DNA of 56,183 nucleotides, filler included, from Jimgerdemannia flammicorona (taxonomy: Eukaryota): the NCBI GenBank assembly GCA_003990765.1. It is 3 parts of 3 records of this genome, joined end to end, with 100 filler letters (N's around TTAATTAATTAA, not from the genome) between each part and the next. Parts side by side here need not be neighbours in the genome. Positions count along the whole stretch, not along the records: positions 37,524 to 56,183 come from RBNJ01002145.1; 2 more parts are not named here. One strand, written 5' to 3'. Below are positions 51,101-56,183 of the stretch, in pieces (positions within the stretch are counted from its first letter, which is position 1; each line of letters starts with the position of its first letter). Made by a program: the position numbers and the translations under genes. The notes beneath the pieces were generated by a model. That model was not told the origin of the DNA. It saw only the letters and a list, made by a program, of their open reading frames with translations, and made no database searches.

Positions 51101-51120
51101 ACTTTGGGGCTGGGGGGGTT
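45136..51120 (-). mobile_element. Near full-length L1/Tx1-like LINE (~6 kb); ORF1 ~48890-50760, ORF2 ~45300-48880, with stops
   Basis: APE motifs NMNGL, GDFN, TRIDWI, SDH; RT motifs PGEDGLP, QRGFV, GVPQGDPLSP, FADD, YLG; poly(A) tail. Confidence 0.92.
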
Positions 51121-51149
51121 GCTATATCTCTCTGGCAGACTGAGTGTCA

Positions 51150-52461
51150 ATTCTGAATATCTACTGGTTTTCTAAGCTATAGTATTATACTACTTAGACT
51201 TCTCAGCCTGAATAGTAACTAGGTTGTTGAAGCTTATCAAAGACTGAATCTGGACTAGAAGGAGATCTTAGATAAGTTGAGAGGTCTTATTATTATTGGT
51301 AAATTGAGGGGGATTGGGGCTAGTAGATTTCTCTAGGAGACAGCACTGTCTGCAAGTGTGGTGATTGAAATGAGTTATTGAACTATATAGTAGTAGATGG
51401 GTCCCTCTATTGCAGAAGGTCTGTGAAATGAGATACTCTCTCAGGAGATCCTTAGGTAACCTATTGTACTTAGTGAGTCTGGGTAATATCAGATAGCTAT
51501 ATTATAAGAGATTCTAGTGAGAGTGGTGGATGGTACACATCATATTGAGCTATAATGATAAGGTAATATGAATAAGATATAGTAGAATTCAGAGATATAG
51601 AGATGGGAGAGGCTGCTACTGGGGGGTATATCACTAGTTGATTTTGATATTAGAGAGAGAGTGGAGTATTAATAAGATTTGAGACAGAATTTGTAATCTG
51701 AGTGTTGGCAGACTATAGAGATTAGTAAGAAGTGGGACTGGGTAGGAGTCTGGTTGTAGAGTGCTGTAGTGCAGCAGTGGCTTCCCTCTAAGTTCTGGAG
51801 AGTATAGTAGTAGATGCTGAAATAGAATGTTATATTAAATTTCCACTCAGAGCACTTAGTTGATGGGGAACTTTTTGATTATAAGGAGTACTATAATGTA
51901 GAATAGGTAGAGGGTTTTGTCTAGATACCAGAACATTAGCTGGAAGAGTGTGAAGTTCTGTAGAACTTTTGGATAGTAATAGGTGATTGACTTGGTGTTA
52001 AAAGGAGGGTGGATAGAGAGAGAGGTCATTGGAAGGATCTGAGAGAGAGGTTGGTGAAGAGTATAGGTAATAAATAACTTACTTTAGGGTAGATATTAGC
52101 AGTATAGGTAAGATTAGCTAGTTATTGGTTTTATATATTTGAGGAGAGGTAGCAGTTTAGTAGAGTGAAGTGATAGCTGAGATGGGAGGGATTGATGGGG
52201 GATATTCTGTCAGAGTGATAGATAGAATAGAGTCTCCAGAGTGAGTATTATTATTGACTAGTAAAGAGGATCTATAAGCAGAGTAGTGGGTAGATGGAGA
52301 TGGTTAATAGAGTAGTGGTTTTTCATTAGGACAGAATGGAGAATAGGTCCTCTAGAGAGATTGGGTATAGTAGAGATCAGTATATTATTATAGAATTAGA
52401 CTGAGGTATTAATAAAGAATATAGTTCAAGTAACTATAAAAAAAAAAAAAAAAAAAAAAAA
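51150..52461 (+). mobile_element. 3' part of a related LINE, heavily mutated
   Basis: Similarity to the ORF2 C-terminus of the neighbour (e.g. GATACCAGAACATTAGCTGGAAGAGTGTGA); poly(A) 52438-52461. Confidence 0.7.
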
Positions 52462-52473
52462 GGTAATTATAAT

Positions 52474-52813
52474 TAGTACTTTTAAATAAATAAAATTAAG
52501 TTTAATTTAAATTAATATCTCTTTGAATTAAATTGATGTCTATTTTAATTCAAAATTTTTATTATAAATTCAAAATATATTAACTTAATAAAAATATAAC
52601 AAAATTTAATATTCTTTATTATATTAGATTTATCTTAATAAGATATATCTAATAAGCTAAAGTTTATTAAATTTAGATATAGTTTAGTTAAGTTATTGGA
52701 TTTTAAAAAAATAGATTCAAATTGAACTTTAAATTAAATTAAATCTTAATTTGATTTTAATTGAATTAAATTAAATTAGAGTTAAATTTAATTTAATTTA
52801 ATTTAATTTGTAT
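52474..52813. mobile_element. Extremely AT-converted copy of the hAT MITE family
   Basis: TAGTACTTTTAAATAAAT start and internal colinearity with 22780-23073. Confidence 0.65.
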
Positions 52814-52983
52814 TGTTGAAAAATCACTTTCTCTTTAACTATATAAATTAGTGTTAGGATGATAACTTGATATATCAATATGTGACTTATGCCATCTTAT
52901 TAGTTGTATATCATTTATCAGTAATGTGTAAAATATGTAACTTAAGTATTTTGAATAAATTACTTCTTCTATTCATCACAACA
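52814..52983 (+). repeat. Ty1/copia LTR (170 bp) followed by a copia-type PBS
   Basis: TGTTG...CAACA termini; AGTTATGAGCCC at ~52986, matching the GGTTATGRGCCC half-tRNA PBS. Confidence 0.6.
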
Positions 52984-53599
52984 TAAGTTATGAGCCCCTA
53001 TGCTATACGGCAAGGTATATAAGCATGCCAAGTGCGAGTACTCAGTAATAGAAAATGCAGTCCGATTGAAAGCATGGATGAATATAGTCATTACTAGCCC
53101 ACAAATAACTGGATAACGAAATATCCCAAATAACTGATAAGCAGGAAATGTAACTGATGTAGAAGAAAATAATACCGAATGCCTGCGTTGGGATTTTTAC
53201 TAGTGGATTACTGGAGAGAAGCACGTTATTTATTGATGTTCAAGTTACGCGTTATTATGCATTGCAAATTATTGATAAATGACGTCACCGTTGAGATGAC
53301 ATCTACATCCTGTATAAGCTACCAATTTGGAAAGTTACGTGAAACACTTAGAATGTTCCATTTTCTCAAACTTGTCATAGCATCTATTGTCGATATCACT
53401 AGTCCGGCGTCGCAGGAGACGGTGTCGTTACTCCCGCTTAAATCATTGTTACGGATGTCGTTATTCCCGCTTAAATCATTGTCATGGATGTTGTATTACG
53501 GATGATGTTACGGATGCCATTACTCTCGCTTAAATCATTGTTGAATGCTTGTCAATAGGGGATGTTGCTCACCGTCGAAGATGTCGCTTCGGACTTTAA

Positions 53600-55370
53600 C
53601 TTGACAGACGTTGCAGCGATGAATGCGCAGACGTAGGTTATGTGCCGTTGGCGGGTCTCAGGTTCAACGCAGTTGCGAACTTCGTTTCGAACTCTAGATT
53701 TGCCCTTTGGTTATTTCGGCGGTGGTTTCGGCGATGAAAAATAGTCGTCTATCTTAGTCGCCGTAGATTGCTCAGTTGGCATTGTTGCCGGTTATTGTTG
53801 CTGGATACGTCCAAGTTGTTGATACCAGTATAGATGTCATTTGACGTAATTGTAGAATTCGCATGCTGAAAAGGATTTTGTGGCGGTGGATGTCGTTGTC
53901 AAATTCACTTGAATAGTGTGCTGGCGGGGTACACCGTCATTAGTTGCCTTTGACCATTGTTGTCGTATATCGTCGCGCCATTCGAGTGTATATGCATTTG
54001 CTTGTTTCCGCGCGCCATTATTTTCCCATTGAGAATAAATTCTTCTTCAGGTCGGGTGCGTATAGTACGTTGTATAGCATGACGGATGTGTTGGCTACGT
54101 TGCCATTGAGTTGCATATCAATGTTTCCCAGTCCTTTGGCGTATATGATGTTGTTGCCAACCAGTTCGGTAGGGATCGGCTCCTTGAATTCCTTGTATGT
54201 AGACGTAGAGAGCCATTCGCGGTGAGCCGTCATATGTTTGTTGGCGCTGGATTCCATGAACCAAACGTTATCTTCATTGTCATTGGCTGTATTGGCGCTT
54301 TCGCTAGGTGTAGAGCCATAGGCGGTGTTGTTAACGGTATCTGCGCTGTAGACGGTAGTGCTCGCGCTGCTGGCGGCGGGACGTCACCACTTTTCGCTGG
54401 TCCAAAATTGTTGGATTCGTCGATGTCAGGTTGGTGAGAATTTTGCTTGCATGATAAGTGCACCGTTGTCAATGTAGTTGGCTTGGTTGCCGTGGTAATC
54501 GTTGTCTCGATAATAACCGTTGTTGTAGCCGCGCTATCCACGATCATTATTTTCACAGTAATCGTTGCAATAATTCCCTCGATAATCGTTTTGGCACCCA
54601 CGCTGGTTGTGTCCGCGACTCTCCCTTTCCTTGCGATAGCATTCACGTTCACGGTGTCCATGTTTCCCGCAATAATTACAATTACCGTCAAATCTAGGTT
54701 GGTTGTAGTTCCCGCGCTGAGTTTGGGTTCGCCTCCATTGACCTCGTTGGTCTCGTTGGTTTCGTTGGTCTCGTTGACCTCGTTTTTGCTGGCCTCATTG
54801 GTCTCGTTGGTCTCGTTTCTCGTTGACCTCGTTTTTGCTGGCCTCGTTGGTCTCATCGATCTCGTTGCTGACCTCATGGATACTGGCTTCATTGGCCTCA
54901 TTGATCTTGTTTGCCTCGGTAATGATCTCGTTGGCCTTTTCCATGGCCTCGTGCGGGGCATTGTCTGTTTACGGAGCCCGAATCATTTAGGCAGGGCATT
55001 ATGCCAGCAGGCGCACTCGAAGCGGCAAGTAACAATTTGGAATGTTTGGTCGCATTCCTGCCTCCTCATCCTCACCCCCACCCTCCTCTTCTCGCCCTCA
55101 CTCCTACCCTTGCCTTCACCCTTTTTACCCACTTTTCCCTCACCCTCCGGCTGGAAAAAGCCATTTCGTTATCGTAATCGCCTCTGCCACCTGGGCGGGC
55201 TTCTTTATCGAGCAGGCTGGGGTAATCCATCAGTTTTCCATTCTCTTGCATTGTGATGCGCGTCCTTTGCGCGTTTCTTCGCGTGTACATGTAGATCTTT
55301 CAGAGATCGTATTGTTCTTAGAGGATCGTTGGATCTTATCTAGGAGTATATTTGCGCTTTTCTTAGCAAC
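53600..55370 (-). pseudogene. Ty1/copia gag-protease-preintegrase remnant
   Basis: MQENGKLMDY gag; CNYCGKHGHRERECY knuckle; protease WFMESSANKHM...VLYAPDLKKNLFS; WYQQLGRI; NET tandem repeats 54740-54940. Confidence 0.82.
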
Positions 55371-55371
55371 T

Positions 55372-55500
55372 AGCGAGGCTCATGTACTCGACGAAAGCAA
55401 AAATCAGCATAATTTCGAGCCTAAGGCCGACAAGCACATATTCCTGGGTTATAGCTGCAAAGCGTATAGGCTATAGAAGGCGTATAGTGACCTCTCGAGA
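55372..55500 (+). pseudogene. Copia post-integrase SH3/GKGY-like fragment, opposite orientation
   Basis: FEPKADKHIFLGYSCKAYRL. Confidence 0.7.
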
Positions 55501-55738
55501 CATACAGTTCATGTTTATATTCCGGCTCCAACAGCAACAACATCTCTAACGCCAACAGCAACACATAATAATAATGAGAGGCCTCGAGGGAAATAAAGCC
55601 GTATAACTTGAAGCCCTTTGTATGATCGTCAATCATTTATCCCACCAGCGTTCCACAAGTGTGACTGGAAAAGGACTAATGCGAATTTGTCAAACACAAG
55701 CGCGAAAATTTAACATCCAAACACACCGACTCACAAAC

Positions 55739-56183
55739 ATGCAAATATCCTTGTTAAAAGATACCAAAATTGACTACTCCAAAGAGCTCAGGGTCTTCGT
55801 CAAGGTTTCCGCCATCGACGATGAGCAGGCAGAGCTCATTTATAGCCATTCCTTCGATCTTCGACGTCTCGAAGCCGGTCGACCTATTGCTGTAGAAGTC
55901 TTCGACAAGGAACCCAAGTCAACGGAACTCAGAAAATACGGCAAAAAGTTATTCGACGCACTCTTTTCGGATAATGCATGCAGTAACGCATCGAGTTTAC
56001 TACAGGATATATTGCAGCCTCACTCAAAGGGTCGGATCCTCCTTGAGCTAAACAGTGATCCCGATCTTGACGTCATCCCCTGGGAGTACGCATGGGGCAA
56101 CCATGCGTTTCTAGTCCACCAATGCGCATTTTCTCGCATGTACAATACGATTCCCAACCGCTCGAATCGAAGTCAGAAATTTA
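55739..56183 (+). CDS. CHAT (caspase-like) domain protein, N-terminal part; runs off the window and is absent from the ORF track
   Basis: Open 148 codons: MQISLLK...YGKKLFDALF...GRILLELNSDPDLDVIPWEY..AFLVHQCAFSR, a typical CHAT N-terminal signature. Confidence 0.75.
   Translation, partial: MQISLLKDTKIDYSKELRVFVKVSAIDDEQAELIYSHSFDLRRLEAGRPIAVEVFDKEPKSTELRKYGKKLFDALFSDNACSNASSLLQDILQPHSKGRILLELNSDPDLDVIPWEYAWGNHAFLVHQCAFSRMYNTIPNRSNRSQKF

Noticed and set aside
54447..55256. 269-aa hydrophobic plus-strand ORF resembling a membrane protein
   Set aside because: Antisense of the Asn/Glu/Thr repeats in copia gag.

Overview
Eukaryotic fungal DNA with spliced GC-rich genes between AT-rich degenerate transposon blocks; an early-diverging, Mucoromycota-like origin is my inference. 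The window is three apparently unrelated contigs (1-18662, 18763-37423, 37524-56183; 18662, 18661 and 18660 bp) joined by artificial N44-TTAATTAATTAA-N44 spacers. Host genes: a HemW/RSAD1-like radical SAM gene (5' part), a class I methyltransferase, an M20 peptidase, an HSP70-12A-like ATPase, a probable STIL/Ana2 centriole-factor homolog and the start of an N-terminal CHAT-domain gene. The rest is nested transposons. These are a complete Ty3/gypsy chromovirus with a dUTPase, a second dUTPase-bearing gypsy fragment, and six related LTR copies; the 2.08-kb LTR form carries its own ~365-aa ORF and another copy has different cargo. There is also a 1.2-kb poly(A) retroposon with a fixed 5' end (3 copies), L1-like LINEs, hAT MITEs and a rearranged copia. 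In the copies I compared by eye, differences are almost all C>T/G>A transitions (RIP-like). Best leads: the gene carried inside the LTR and its variable cargo, the STIL homolog, and the RIP-like hypermutation. All homology calls are by eye and need database confirmation.
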